NCBI GenBank assembly: GCA_951406725.2
Contig: OX597834.1
Span: 29,884,001-29,948,000, forward strand
DNA from: Octopus vulgaris
Taxonomy: Eukaryota
Length of the DNA stretch: 64,000 bases
Direction of reading: 5' to 3'
Made by a program: the position numbers and the translations under genes
Notes under the pieces: model-generated
Database searches by the model: none
The model's input: only the letters and a program-made list of their open reading frames with translations
Told to the model about the DNA's origin: nothing
Shown here: positions 44,176 through 58,219 of the stretch, one piece after another
Position numbering within the stretch: the stretch's first letter is position 1
Layout: every line of letters begins with the position of its first letter

Positions 44176-44776
44176 CCTATTTCTTTATTACTCGCAAGGG
44201 ACTAAACATAGAGGGGACAAACAAGGACAGACATAGGTATTAAGTCAATTACATCGACCCCAGTGCATAACTGGTACTTAATTTATCGACCCCGAAAGGA
44301 TGAAAGGCAAAGTCGACCTCGGCGGAATTTGAACTCACAACGTAAAGACAGACGAAATACCTATTTCTTTATTACCCACAAGGGGCTAAACACAGAGGGG
44401 ACAAACAAGGACAGACATAGGTATTAAGTCAATTACATCGACCCCAGTGCATAACTGGTACTTAATTTATCGACCCCGAAAGGATGAAAGGCAAAGTCGA
44501 CCTTGGCGGAATTTGAACTCAGAACGTAAAGACAGACGAAATACCTATTTCTTTATTACCCACAAGGGGCTAAACTCAGAGGGGACAAACAAGGACAGAC
44601 AAAGGTATAAAGTCGATTACATCGACCCCAGTGCGTAACTGGTACTTAATTTATCGACCCCGAAAGGATGAAAGGCAAAGTCGATCTCGGCGGAATTTGA
44701 ACTCACAACGTAACGCAGACGAAATACCGCTAAGCATTTCGCCTGGCATGCTAACATTTCTGCCAGCTCACCACCT
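44176..44776 (-). mobile_element. Head-to-tail trimer of SINE family B
   Basis: Three ~184-bp units starting cctatttctttatta at ~44176, 44360 and 44543; only the last has the tRNA-like head. Confidence 0.9.
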
Positions 44777-45109
44777 TTTGAAAGAAAGAAAACCGTTTAA
44801 TGACTCGAGTGGCAGAGACGTGACGTGGTAATAAACCTGCAATCGCCTTCGGCGAGAGTGTGATGTTTGATCCTGGGCTTTCCAGCTGCAATGTTCTCAA
44901 ACGTTTGGGGTTACCGGTGATCAGAGCCAGTGGATTGTTGCGTAAATTCGATAACAGTTGCTGAGAAACTGTTAGTAATGGATAGGTGAATCGGTGTGTA
45001 AAGGGAAAATATTTTGGATGGTTCGTCGTACCAGTTTTATGAATGTGTAGTGTGTGTAAGACAAGGTATAAATACTTGTCATTACATATTTTTCCTTTAT
45101 TAGAGCAAA

Positions 45110-46760
45110 TTTGCCTTACAGCTGTTTCCAGTAGTCATTACAGGTACTTTACTGATAGGTCTATTGATCAGCTGGGAAAAATTGAACGACGTAAAAAAAC
45201 TTAATGCTCCTTTCGTGAGAGCCATTTCTGGTTCTGGTTTGGCGTGTGTGTGTGTGTGTAACCTGAACTCATGCAATACAGAAAAAATACAAAGAAGTAA
45301 TAGAAGCACACATTAACCAGAGTAAGTCAGAGGTCTTTTAAGTCACCAACTCTGACGCGCCCGTCATGGTTGTGACTTGTTGGACCGGGGTTTGGTTCAC
45401 ACAAATCCGACAGATGAATAGCGACTGGTACCGAGCTTCAAGCAGGGGTGGCCAGTCTTACTCAGAACTAAGCTAATAAGTTACTATCTCTAAAAGCTGA
45501 AGCAAAATTGACGTACGCATACATTGCTTTTCCGTATCCCCTTAATCATAAACCATGACCTAGTTTTCATTAGACCAGACTGGACCGTCGTCTTTTATTT
45601 CTTGTGAAAACTTTCTATTAGTGGGGATTGTCCAGCTAATGTCAACACCTTGTGTCCGGAGGGTTTGGTATGCTGTAGCTAGTGAGAGCAGCTGTCAATA
45701 GATTCATAGATGTCAAGCAAGTGTAGTTGTAATTCTACAAGTCAGATATTACCAACATTGTATCTGGCGGGCTCGGTATGCTGTGGCTATCGATGGACAG
45801 ATATCTACAGAGGATCCTGAACGTTGAGCAGGTGTGGTACTCGTTTGTCGGTTATGTTTTCTCACAGCCCACCATTTTTCGGAGTTACAGTCTTACATCT
45901 TGCAAAGACCAATGGTAGATGTTTGAACGTCGCTAGGTGTTCACAAATCTCTACCAGCCAAGAAATATGGCAGGCGATTACAACGTTAATCGTGATCAAA
46001 AGCGTTGATGTTCTCAAAGAGACTCCAGACATCGATGAAATACAACTAAATGATGTATCTGTTTAGGAGGGCTTTTAACCCAAAGAATATGGATAACTTT
46101 TAGAAATCCCTGGCCTAGCTGTATTACCTTCAAGGTATTGCCAGTTCAAGATAAAATCTAAAGGCTCAGCAGCACCGTCAGCCTGTCTTTTCTGAGATGC
46201 ACCCATAGCAATAAAGCTATTTTCCACACACTCTTATAATACTTGATCATTACTGACTTTTCGAATTACTGTTGACTTGTAGAATTAAGACGAACAAATG
46301 TCGTCGCATGGAGGGGATGGCCCCGGCTTTCAGTCAAATCTATAGTAAGAATTGTCTGGCTGTCTTCTTTTGGCCAGGAGGGGCAGGCCATTTTCCACTG
46401 TCCGGTAGATACGACCAGTACCACCCTAAAACATGCACACAGTGGTCAGTTGTCTGGGATCCTCTCGAATCTAGCGAAGAGGCATTGCACGTCTTTGTAG
46501 GAAGTGTTTGTATATGTAGGCAGCCCTTTGCTTTACTTTACCTCGGGACAAAATGATATAGTTAAGACGGTCCTTGTTATGTTAAAAGAAATTGTATGTT
46601 GAATAAAATGGTAGACTGGCAACAAATACTTCTCCCTTTGACCAAGCCTTCATCAATGCTTTCAAAATTCCACTCGGACAGGAGGGTGTGGAAGATCGAG
46701 AGGCCCTGCCCTCTGGTAAATTTAACGAAGTGTGAGTGAGAGTAAAAATTATGGTAAGAA
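45110..46760 (-). mobile_element. Highly degraded Penelope-like retroelement (RT remnants)
   Basis: Minus-strand remnants IAMGAS (~46200), LLNRYI (~46060) and PTN.Y (~45850) occur in RT order; a GAAACAGCTGTA hammerhead-like motif is at ~45115. Confidence 0.4.
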
Positions 46761-47363
46761 CGTATCGATCTTAACTCAGCATGCACTGATAAGGCCCTTT
46801 TCTGGCTTTGCTTCATTTCTTTCTTTTAGTCAAGAGATAAATCACTATCCATGGCCCTTTCAGAGCACCAAAACAAGCAGGCGAGAGAGAGGGGGGAGGG
46901 AGAGAGAGAGAGAGAGGAAGGTATCCTCGAACCAGAGATTTGACCCGAATACTTCCAAGGGATTGGTGTCCACTTAAGATATCCAGGGTACGCAGTGTAC
47001 GGGGTGTAGGTGTTAAATCGGGTGACAGATTAAGTCTACCACTCATGTAGGCCATGGCAGGATTTGAATTCCGAATGTAAAGAGACGGACAAACACCACA
47101 ACGCGTTTCCACCATCCTACTTTGGTACATTTGGTATATACTGAAAGACAAAGATGGCTTCAGTTGGATTTGAGCTCAGAACGCAAAGCGCCGAAACAAA
47201 TATTGTAAGGTATCTGTTCGGGTGGTCTCAGATTTCAGCCAATCCACCACCCGGTATCGGTAAATTTTTTTTCTTCATATCGACATTGGCGGGATTTGAA
47301 CTTGGGGTCGGAATTAATAACACAATACAAAGCATTCTGTCCACCACCCGTAGTTGTTCTAGT

Positions 47364-47732
47364 GGAAGCACTCCGTCGGTTACGACGATGAGGGTTCCGG
47401 TTGATCCGAATCACCGGAACAGCCTGCTCGTGAAATTAAAGTGTAAGTGGCTGAGCACTCCACAGACACGTGTACCCTTAACGTAGTTCTCGGGGATATT
47501 CAGCGTGACACAGAGAGTGACAATGCCGGCCCTTTGAAATACAGGTACAACAGAAACAGGAAGTAAGAGTGAGAGAAAGTTGTGGTGAAAGAGTACAGCA
47601 GGGATCGCCACCATCCCTGCCGGAGCCTCGTGGAGCTTTAGGTGTTTTCGCTCAATGAACACTCACAACGCCCGGTCTGGGAATCGAAACCGCGAGTCCG
47701 CTGCCCTAACCACTGGGCCATTGCGCCTCCAC
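47364..47732 (-). mobile_element. SINE: family-D head/body plus family-C tail
   Basis: 13-bp TSD TAGTTGTTCTAGT at 47351-47363 and 47733-47745; tRNA-like head ggcgcaatggcccagtggttaggg. Confidence 0.88.
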
Positions 47733-48013
47733 TAGTTGTTCTAGTATTCCAGGATCGAGGAAAGTCACAGATCCTGGATCAAATTTACCAACGTTGATAC
47801 AAAGAACTGGGAGTAAGCAGCCTTTATTAAAAAGAGGGCACAAGATAACTTGGTCGGGAATCTCTTAATTTATGTGAATTGACGTAGTCGTCGTCGTTGT
47901 TGTTGTTTAGACTCTAAATTGATTAAATTCGAATCTGCAGATCTACTGTTTAAGCATTGCCTTGTGATTGATGTTTGGGGAGAAAGACACTGATCGGAAG
48001 CGAGCGTGCGTGT

Positions 48014-48261
48014 TTACTCTTACTCTCTTTTACTCTTTTAGTCATATGATTGCGGCCATGCTGGAGCACCGCCTTTAATCGAGCAACTCGACCCCGGGAC
48101 TTATTCTTTTGTAATGTATGTATGTATGTATATATGTATGTATGTGTGTATATATGTATGTATGTGTGTCTCTTCTATTTTTTAATTATTCTATCGGACA
48201 TAAACACACCAGCATCGGTTGTCAAGGAACGCTAGGGGACAAACACAGACACACAAACACA

Positions 48262-48296
<35 letters not shown>

Positions 48297-48455
48297 GACG
48301 GGCTTCTTTCAGTTTCCGTCTTCCAAATCCACAAGGCTTTGGTTGGACCGAGGCTATAGTAGAAGACACTTGCCCAAGGTGCCACGCAGTGGGACTGAAC
48401 ACGGAACCATGTGGATGGTAGACAAGCTACTTACCACACAGCCACTCCTGCGCCT
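48014..48455 (-). mobile_element. SINE family A
   Basis: Reverse-complement copy with an extra microsatellite. Confidence 0.8.
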
Positions 48456-48904
48456 ATGTTTGTGTATGAATAAATAAAAATGTTGTCCATGTTGCCCAGC
48501 AATCACTTTCACTGAAGAGTTATTGAACCACAGATTGAACTTTTGTAAACCTGTGGTCAAAGATGCTATTTTTCTCAAAATATGATAAAAAAACAGAAAA
48601 GAAATATTACACTAGATCTACTGTGTTTGTCTTGATTTATATTTTTAAAAATATATAAAAGCATGAACATAAGTTGCTTCCCTTGGCTTCAAAGTTTATA
48701 TAAATAGTTGTTTCCCCTGTTTTTTCTATGCATCCTCGACTTGCTAGAAATAGCGCTATAAACACAGATGTATATGTACGTACATGTATGTATGTATGTA
48801 TGTGTGTGTTTATGTATGTACGTACGTATGTATGTATGTATATGTGTAAGTATGTGTGTATGTATGTATGTCATACATACATTCTATTTTGTAATTATTA
48901 TGTC

Positions 48905-49490
48905 TTCCACTGAGGAGGGAGCCGGTTTCCAACAAAGGTACAAGGCTCCATCTTTGGGATGTAGTTAACACAAATTCACATTTGGAATTTGAGAAAAGTC
49001 TTGCACACTTTTACTGTCCCACTCCCAGATCGCACTTGTAATTTATGAATTAGCCGGCCGATTTCTCTTTCAGAAAATCCCAGTTTTTCCAGATTCTCCT
49101 TTAAGCATTTACTAATAAAATCTAGTGCTTCAATTATGATTGGTATTAATATGAATGCATATTAATCTGCATATAGAAGCTGGATGTTCCGAAGCAGTTC
49201 TTCATGGATATCCTCTTTTTCTTTGATCTTCAAAAGGGATATTTTATATACGCAGGGCAGATGACCTCTATGATGGTTTATACCTTTGCCCCTCTATCCC
49301 AAAAACAATATCTGGCCTATTATGTTTACATTTTAGAGAAGTTTTCATAGGAATATTCCACCAATATTCCTTGGGTTGGTGTTTGCGAATGTATTCCATA
49401 ACAGAGGGATTTTCTAAGTTTATTTCAGGACAGTCTTTTTTGCGAAAGGCATTGTAAATTGTTTCAGCAACAACATCGTGCCGCATAATG
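48905..49490 (-). mobile_element. RLE-type (R4/Dong-like) LINE 3' fragment
   Basis: RHDVVAETIY..YWWN.P...KHNRPDIV, the RH[DN]..RPD restriction-like endonuclease signature; 3' UTR matches 21540-21600. Confidence 0.72.
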
Positions 49491-49939
49491 TTCAAAATTC
49501 CAGCGCCGATTGCTAATAATAACCCTTCACTTTTAATTTGTGACCATAAACCGAACGAATGTGAAAATGTTAATTCAAGTTCCTTGTTACTTAGCAAGAA
49601 AGACTGGTTGCGTTGTTATGGAGTTCGCTTTGCGACCACGTCGTTTTGGGTTCGGTCTCACAGCGTGGCACCTTGGGTTGGTGTCTGTTACTATAGTTCC
49701 AGTCCGACCAATGCCTTGAAAGTGAATTTTTGGTTGTATATGCGTGAGAGGATGTCTGCGTATTTTTGTGTTAGTCGTTGTCCTAACACCCACCCACCGC
49801 TTGTGAACCGGTGTTGTTTCATTGTTTACTTTTCCTTGTAACTTAGCGGTTCAGCAAAGAAAACCAATAGAATAACTACCAGACACTTTTAAAAAAATTG
49901 TACTGTAGGGGATTTATCGGACTAAACCCCTCCAGCTGA

Positions 49940-50172
49940 CGCGGCGAGCTGGCAGAAACGTTAGCACGCCGGGCGAAATGCGTAGCCGTATTTCGTCTGC
50001 AGTTACGTTGTGAGTTCAAATTCCGCCGAGGTAGACTTTGCCTTTCATCCTTTTGGGGTCGATAAATTAAGTACCAGTTACGCACAGGGGTCGATGTAAT
50101 CGACTTAATACCTATGTCTGTCCTTGTTTGTCCCCTCTATGTTTAGCCCCTTGTGGATAATAAAGAAATAGG
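49940..50172 (+). mobile_element. SINE family B
   Basis: Full-length copy, inserted in a family-A 3' half. Confidence 0.85.
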
Positions 50173-50329
50173 TATGGATCGTAGTCCAAAGACTGAAACA
50201 AGTAAAAGGGTGGGAAGATAAAAATGATAAGCCTGTCAGACACACACAAAATGAAAGCAGCTTTAAAAACTTTTACACACACACACACTACAAAAGTTTT
50301 CCTGTAATTATACCTTCGTCTTTACGCAT

Positions 50330-50470
50330 CGACAAAACGAAAGATTTCAGAATTTATCTCGTACATTGTGGATGCGCGAAATGGCGCGCAAGTTTTCCAT
50401 TCGACTTCGAAATTTTTTTGAAATTTTGAAAATATGCCCCCACCCCCACCCCGGATCGTAATATCTACTT
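50330..50470. promoter_or_regulatory. CpG-rich island upstream of VPS8 with E2F/YY1-like motifs
   Basis: GCGCGAAATGGCGCGC at 50374-50389 (overlapping E2F TTTCGCGC and YY1 AAATGGCG consensus), ~0.9 kb before the ATG; motif evidence only. Confidence 0.35.
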
Positions 50471-50560
50471 TAAAAAACGAACCAAGCACTTCCCCCAAAA
50501 AATATTTTTAAGCAAAAAGAAAAGAAAAGAAAGTAGAGTCAAAATTTTAAAGAATATCTG

Positions 50561-50699
<139 letters not shown>

Positions 50700-51296
50700 T
50701 AACGTTTCTCTGGAATCTAAAACATTTTAAAGGATTTATATATATATATATATATATTCCACAGAAACGTTAATTTTCCCAAGTTGAAAATGGAAATTCG
50801 AACAAATTATTCACATAAAAAAAAAGAAAAAGTAAAAAGTTATGGCCAATAATTAAATGATTTGCTCAGATCAGAATTCTTCCCAATCTTCTTTTCACAT
50901 GCACAGTGTAATTTGAGGAAGATTTGATTATTATTTCTAGCAAATCGATCGACCAAAAGCTCTTTTGCTGATTGGTCAGAAATAAGTGGAGCAATGTGGA
51001 TGTTTTATAGAAAGAAACTTTAAAAGCTTTACACCGGTAAAATTTAGAAATAAAAAACGAACGTCTGGTTATTGTAAATAAATACATTAAGTGTTTAAGA
51101 ATGATTCTGCATAAAAAAAAATTCCAAACAAGTCGTTTTATCTTTTGAAATATTTAAATCTTTGTCGTAAACACAGAATAAGCCACAGCGAATATTTGAC
51201 AAAATGATTTATTATTGAACAACGTTTATTACTTATTTGAAAGAACCGAGAATATGGAATAACAGTTGAGGTGTATTCCGTCAATCTGGTAAGAAG

Positions 51297-51365
51297 ATGG
51301 CTGAAAGTCAAGATGTAAGTGCTAGTACAGATATCGCAGAAGTGTTAAATGCCGCCGAAGAAGAG
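51297..51365 (+). CDS. VPS8: VPS8 coding exon 1 (MAESQDVS...EEE)
   Basis: AAG-ATG-G start context, 23 codons, gtatgc donor, phase 0 into exon 2. Confidence 0.7.
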
Positions 51366-52013
51366 GTATGCGCCTTGTTTCATGTATATACATAAAAAAA
51401 ATTGGAAGAATGTATAAAAGCTACTTTATTAATTGATTGAATATGCTGTATCTATGTGTTTTGTTCATTTTTCATTGGAAACGAAATAACATTTGTTTCA
51501 ATATAGTATGTTTATTTAGGTCTGTCACCTGGAAGTGGGTGGAAAACCGAAACCGTTGGATGGGGTTTAGAAATTGTGAATATTTCACTGAGTTTATTTT
51601 ATTCATAGTTTTTGTAGATATTTTCACTGGTTTTCTTCATTTTCTTTTCCTTGTTTTAACCACTGGACTTACGGGTCTTCTGGGGCACCGCCTTCCACTG
51701 TTCGGCCGTCGACCAAAGCGACCGCAGCTCATATTATTTTTTGTAATTTGGCACTTAAGTCTGTCGGTTTCATTTTTGCCGAACGGCTAAGTAGTTACAG
51801 TTTGAAATACACACACATGTATGTATGTATATATATATATATACCGGAGTAAACACATAAATGTGAAACAAGGTGGAAAAAAGAGTACTTAAATACCAGG
51901 GGTAGAGTAATATGCTTTATTTAAAAGCAGCAGAAATTCAACAAAATCGACGAACGGGAACGTGAAACTCCGAGTAACAGGTTTTGTTGAATTTCTGCTG
52001 CTTTTAAATAAAG

Positions 52014-52047
<34 letters not shown>

Positions 52048-52168
52048 AGTGTTTATGTCTAATATAATATGTGACAATTATTGGGTTGTCATATATTACA
52101 AATAAATTTCTCTATTTACATAATATCGAGGTCTCTTTCATTCTTTTGTTGTCTATTAATATGTATGC

Positions 52169-52199
<31 letters not shown>

Positions 52200-55100
52200 C
52201 ACACACATACACACATACATATTATCTGTATGTTTACATGTGTGTCTTTGTGTTTGCCCCCACAACTGCTTGACAATCAGTGTTGGTTTGTTTACATCCC
52301 CACAACTTCGTAGTTTGGCACAAAGGACCAATAGAATAAACACCAGGCTTAAAAAGCAATTAAAGAAATACTGAGACCCACTGCGCAATCACTGAAACAC
52401 ATATAAGATTTTTAAAAAAACATTAAAAACAAACAATAATGTTAAACAGCACATGACTTTGCTGGTGGGGCCCAGTTAGAATTTTCTTCACGTCGAGTAG
52501 CTCATCCTGCTCAAAAGGACCCTGAATAAGGGTTGTTTAAGGATGATGAACAAAACACCCATGTTTCCAGAGGTCAGTTATTCAAACCCCAAAGAATTCC
52601 TTTCAACATGGCTATGATGCTCCCCACTACTTCGTCAGCCACCAAAAGACATGCTCAATTGGTTAAGGTCAAGCAACTGGCCAATAAATCTGTGGTATTG
52701 AGCAGTTCAATAATATTATTATTATTATTATTATTATCATCATTATTAATATGGCAGAATTATTAGCACGTTGGACAAAATGCATAGTGGTATTTCATCT
52801 ATCTTTACTTTGTGAGTTCAAATTCCATCCAGCTCAACTTTGCCTTCCATCCTTTCATGGGCAATGAAATAATTAACAGTCAAGTACTGAGGTCAATGTA
52901 ACTGACGAGCCCCCTCCTACAAAATTTCAGGCCTTATATCTATAATAGAAAGGATTATTATTGAAAATACTAATGACAATAAATAGCAGTGAAATAGAAC
53001 AGTGCATGTATTTTAATTGGCAAGATGACCCTCACACTATTCAACAGCGGGTTTCAACCCTCACTTGACAGAAACCCCATTAGGAGCAAAAATGATTTCT
53101 TATTCATTTCATAATATACAAAACTCTAATTTCTCCCATTTTCTTTTTTACTGCAGTTGGATGCTCAAGAATTTGATTTACCTCCTGTAGAAACTCCTCC
53201 GACTTTAGAAAGCATTCTTAATGCAGTAAGTATCTTATTTTGATAATGGCATAAAGACATAGAGGTTATTGCTTTGTATCATTTCTCACATCATCATCAT
53301 CGTCATCATTATCATCAATATCCTCTTTAAATGGCCACTTTTCCATTCTTGCATGGGTCATAAATGTGGAAGAGACAATTGGAAGAGGTAGACCTAGGAA
53401 GACGTGGAATGAAGTGGTGAAACCTGACCTCAAGACGTTGAACCTCTCAGACGAGAGGACAGAGAACTGAGATGAATAGTGATGTGTTGTGCATGAGAAG
53501 ATCCATCGATCTCAGTAGAAACGAGGTCTTCTGAAGCTTCCCCCTACAACTCATCTTTTGACTCCCACTCTTCCATGTTACCCTATTTTCTTCACGCCCC
53601 CTACACTGAACTCACATCCTTTACATCCAACTCATTCTCCACCTCTAATCATCCTTCACACTATTTTTTATAAATGTACTTCCTGTTCTGCCTCATATTC
53701 ATGTTGTACGTGGACATCACATCTCTTCCTCCTTCCCCCTCTCTCTCTCTCTCTCCCACTCTCCAGGTAGACAAGCAATGTATTCACCCCTTCAGCAAGA
53801 CACCTATTTCTCTCCCTCCATCAGTTTCTTATTCCTCCAGTCTATACCCAGCTCAGTTGAGGGGGGATCTTTTCTCTGCGTACTTGGCTACCTCACCATG
53901 ACTGGTGGCACATAAAATGTACTCAGTACCCTTCGTAAAGTGGTTGGCACTAGGAAGGGCATCCAACTATTGAAACCATGCCAGTGCAGTCCCCTGGCTT
54001 GGCAACTCCCTTCAAACCCACCAGCCCATGCCAACATGGAAAAAAAGGGGTGTTAAATGATGATAATGAAGAGGATGATAACAGCAATGATAGTGGTGTT
54101 ATAATGGTGATGTTGACGATGATGATGATGATTACTTTTATGTTTTTGTCTTTGTAGCCTGATGATGATGATGAACTTCTGTTGGAAGATGAGGAACTTG
54201 GTTCCTTGTCCCAACTGTACAAAGGGGATTCTGTGGAGACGTCCTCCATGTCCAGTCAGGACAGTCTCATCTCCGATCGACCCAGACAAAGGACAGCGTG
54301 AGTACAACTTATAATAATAATAATAATAATTGTGTACAGTGCTCAGGTGCACTACAACTCATCTAAAGTGTATATATAATCAGGTGTAGTTTCGGCGGAT
54401 TTCGGAAAGCATGAGGGCCTTAAAGGATGCAGTGTCATGGCAGTCAACAACTGACGCAGGCAGTTTATTCCATGCTTCAGCAACTCTGAGCGTGAAAAAA
54501 TGTTTCCGAAAGTCATGGGAGATGTGTTGTTTTCTGACTTTGTAGGCATGTCCACGTGTGTTAGACACATGGAGATCAAAAAGGTGTTCAGTGTTGTTGT
54601 TGGTGAGGTAGTTGACAACTTTGTGGGCGTTTACCAAGTCCGTCGCCAGACGCCGGAGCTTCAGTGAATCCATGCCCAGGGAAACAAGGCGCTCAGAATA
54701 TGGTAGGTGTCTGATGGAGGGTATGCGTTTGGTTGCACGTCTCTGGACAGATTCCAGGAGGTCAATGTTCTGAGCAAGATAGGGATTCCAAACTGATGAT
54801 GCGAATTCCAAGTGTGGTCGTACCATAGCTGTATACAGTTTTAAATAGATGGCTGGAGAGCGGCTAACAAAAGTCTTGCTGAGTGATGCCAAGACACCCT
54901 TGCTATTTTTATTTCACTGTACTCCTTTACACAGGCATGGCTGTGGGGTTAAGAAGCTTGCTTCCCGACTACATGGTTCTGTGTTCAGTCCTGCTTGCTC
55001 CAACAGGAGCAAGTTTCTTCTACTGTAGCAATTGGCCAGCCAAAGCCTTGCAAATGAATGAGTGAATGAATTTGTTTGACGGAAACTGAACGAAGCCCAT

Positions 55101-58045
55101 TGTATGTGTGTGTGTGTATGTATGTATATATATGTAAGTGCAGACGACACTGTGTGGTAAGAAGTCTGTTTCCCAACCACATGGTTCTGGGTTCAGTCCT
55201 GCTTGCTCCAACAGGAGCAAGTTTCCTCTACTGTAGCTCTTGGCCAGCCAAAGCCTTGCAAATGAATGAATGAATTTGTTTGATGGAAACTGAAAGAAGC
55301 CCATTGTATATGTGTGTGTATGTATGTATATGTAGGTGCAGACGTGATTGTGTGGTAAGAAGTCTGCTGCACAACCACATGGTTGTGGGTCCAGTCCCAC
55401 TGTCTGACTCTGTGGGCAGATGTCCTGTACTATAGCTGTGGGATGACTAAAGCTTTGTGTGTAGATTTGGTAGACAGAAACTGAAAGAAGCCCAACAGAC
55501 ATACATACTTACGAACACACGCACGCACACACACACACACTTGTGTTTGTCCTTCACTGCTGCTTGGCAAAAGAGACTGATAGAATAAATACCAGGCTTT
55601 AAAAAGATAGATACTGGGATCAATTCATTCAACTAAAATACTTCAAGGCAGTGCCCCAGCATGGCCACAGTCTACTGACCAAAATAAGTAAAAGATGAAA
55701 GATATATGTGTGGTGTATGTTTGTGTCTCCTTGTCTTGACATTGTGTGATTGTTGTAAATGAGTGTCACTGTCATACAAGCAGTGTCAATCATTTCCAGT
55801 ATATCCCACAAGAACGTGTCTGGTGATTGGGAAATTATTGCCTTACTTAGAAAACAGGTGAGGGTTCATGACAGGAAGGGCACCCTGCCAAATTGGCCTC
55901 ACTAAGCTCTGTCCGATCCATGCAAGCCTAGAATAGTAGATGTTAAAACGATGAAGATAATGACAATAATATTGGATTTGTATTTCTTTTGTTTCAACAT
56001 ATCAAGAATGTGCTGTTGATTTTGTTTTTTTTCTCACCAATTTACATTTCCAGAGCCAAAAGACAAAGTAGTTCTGAAGCCCATGGCACCGTGCTAAAAC
56101 CGAGTAAACTGAAAAATATTTCAGCTCAGCTGAAGTCTGCTGCAGTAAGTTTTTCTTTCCATCTTTTCTTCTAATGTAGGAGTATAGGCACATGTGTGGC
56201 TGTGTGGTTATGAAGACCACATGGTTGGGAAGCAACCATGTGGTTTTGGGTTCAGTCCCACTACACAGCACCTTGGGCAAGTGTCTTCTACTTTAGCCCC
56301 AGGCTGACTGAATATATATTCTTCTAGAGTAAGGGTTTCCACATAGTGGTTCCCTCTTATACATAAATAGAAAATACTATTTAGTGAATCTCAGTTTTTT
56401 ATATGCTAGACCACTGGTGTTAAATTGATGGTATAAAATTAATATCCAATTTTTCACCCTCATTTTGATTTTTATTATATATATATATATATCTGTGTGT
56501 GTGTGTGCGTGTGTACCTTTGTCTGCTCGAGGTGATCGTTGCAAATAAGCATTATCATCATACCACCAATGTTGCTTGTTTCCAGTCTTCTGCAAAACAC
56601 TTGTCTGGCCATGGGAAAACATTACTTTGCTCGGAAGCAAGTGAGAGTTGGTGACAGGAAAAGCATCTGCCGCAAGAAATTCCTTCTGACCCATGTGAGC
56701 ATGGAAATGTGGATGTTAAAAACGGTGTGATGGGGAAGGTGTGTGGTGTGTGTATATAATTGTGGATATATATATGTATATATAATAAGGTGGTGAGCTG
56801 GCAGAAATGTTAGCGCGCCGGGTGAAATGCTTAGTGGTATTTCGTCTGTTGTTACGTTCTGAGTTCAAATTCCGCCTAGGTCGACTTTGCCTTTCATCCT
56901 TTCAGGGTCGATAAATAAAGTACCAGTTTCACACTGGGGTCGATGTTATCGACTCAATCCCTTTGTCTGTCCTTGTTTGTCCCCTTTATGTTTAGCCCCT
57001 TGTGGGTAGTAAAGAAATATATATGCATATATAATGTGGATGTCTAGACAAAGCAGGGTTATATATATTTTTTTTTTGCTTTTCTTTTCTTCAGAACAGA
57101 GTGGATGCTGGGAAGCCATCAGCAATAGTAAGTATCATTTAATTTACACTGCACTCAAAATCCCTTTAGAGCAGTGCTTTTCAAACTTTTTGCTGGAGCG
57201 GAACCCCTAGAAAACATTCTACTGGCTCGAGGAACCCCTGTGCAATAATTTAATTTAATAGTCTTATGCACACATATCTGCACAGGAGAATTAAAAATTA
57301 CTGCCGATTTTAGCAGTTTTGTAACTTCTTGCGGAACCCTGGTTGAAAACCACTGCTTTAGAGCATAAGAAATATATAGTTTTTTTTTTCTATTGTGTTA
57401 GTTTTTCCCAACCTACAAAATTATGTGGCAGGAGGCAAGGCAATGATGGGTTCCATTCAGATCCTTTGAGAAACCTATTTTAATATTTGCTTGCGAAGAC
57501 CTGTTGAGGCAAGTGTAAACAAATCAAAATTGATAACGTGGCCAATGACAGTACTGCTTGATTGGCACTTGTGCCAATGGAACGTTACAAGCACATCCGA
57601 GCGTGATCGTTGCCAGGGCCACGGATTGGCTCCTGTGCCAGTGACACATGAAAAACACCATTCGGACATGATTGTTGCCAGTGTCGCTTTACCGGCACAT
57701 GTACTGGTGGCACGTGAAAAACACCTTTTGAGCATGGTCATTGTCAGAACCGCCTGACTGGACCTCGTGCCGGTGGCACGTAAAAGCACCCACCACATTC
57801 TTGGAATGGTTGGCGTTGGGAAGGGCATCCAGCTGTAGAAACTTTGCCAGATCAGATTGAGCCTGGTGCAGCCTTCTCGCTCACCAGTCCTCAGTCAAAC
57901 CAATAATGAAAAATTAAATTACACCATCTAGAAAATTACATATTGTAGAAAATATCTTATATTTAATTTTTCTATAATATGTAATTTTTTAGATGGTGTA
58001 ATTTAATTTTTCATTATTGAATTGATTAAAGGTGTCTTTTTTCTA

Positions 58046-58083
<38 letters not shown>

Positions 58084-58184
58084 CTTTGTGAAATTTGATT
58101 TAGTATTTCTAAATTGAATTTTTCCCTGTAAGTTTGGAATAAAATTCCCTCATATTATTATTATTATATATGTACATATATATG

Positions 58185-58219
<35 letters not shown>

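Noticed and set aside
44176-44776. CRISPR-like array (also 15139-15209 and 41170-41620)
   Set aside because: Tandem units lack unique spacers, the context is eukaryotic, and there are no cas genes.
43740-45100. Third protein-coding gene in the intergenic unique-looking DNA
   Set aside because: No coherent ORF or exon chain was found; it is most likely old retroelement sequence next to the Penelope-like remnant.
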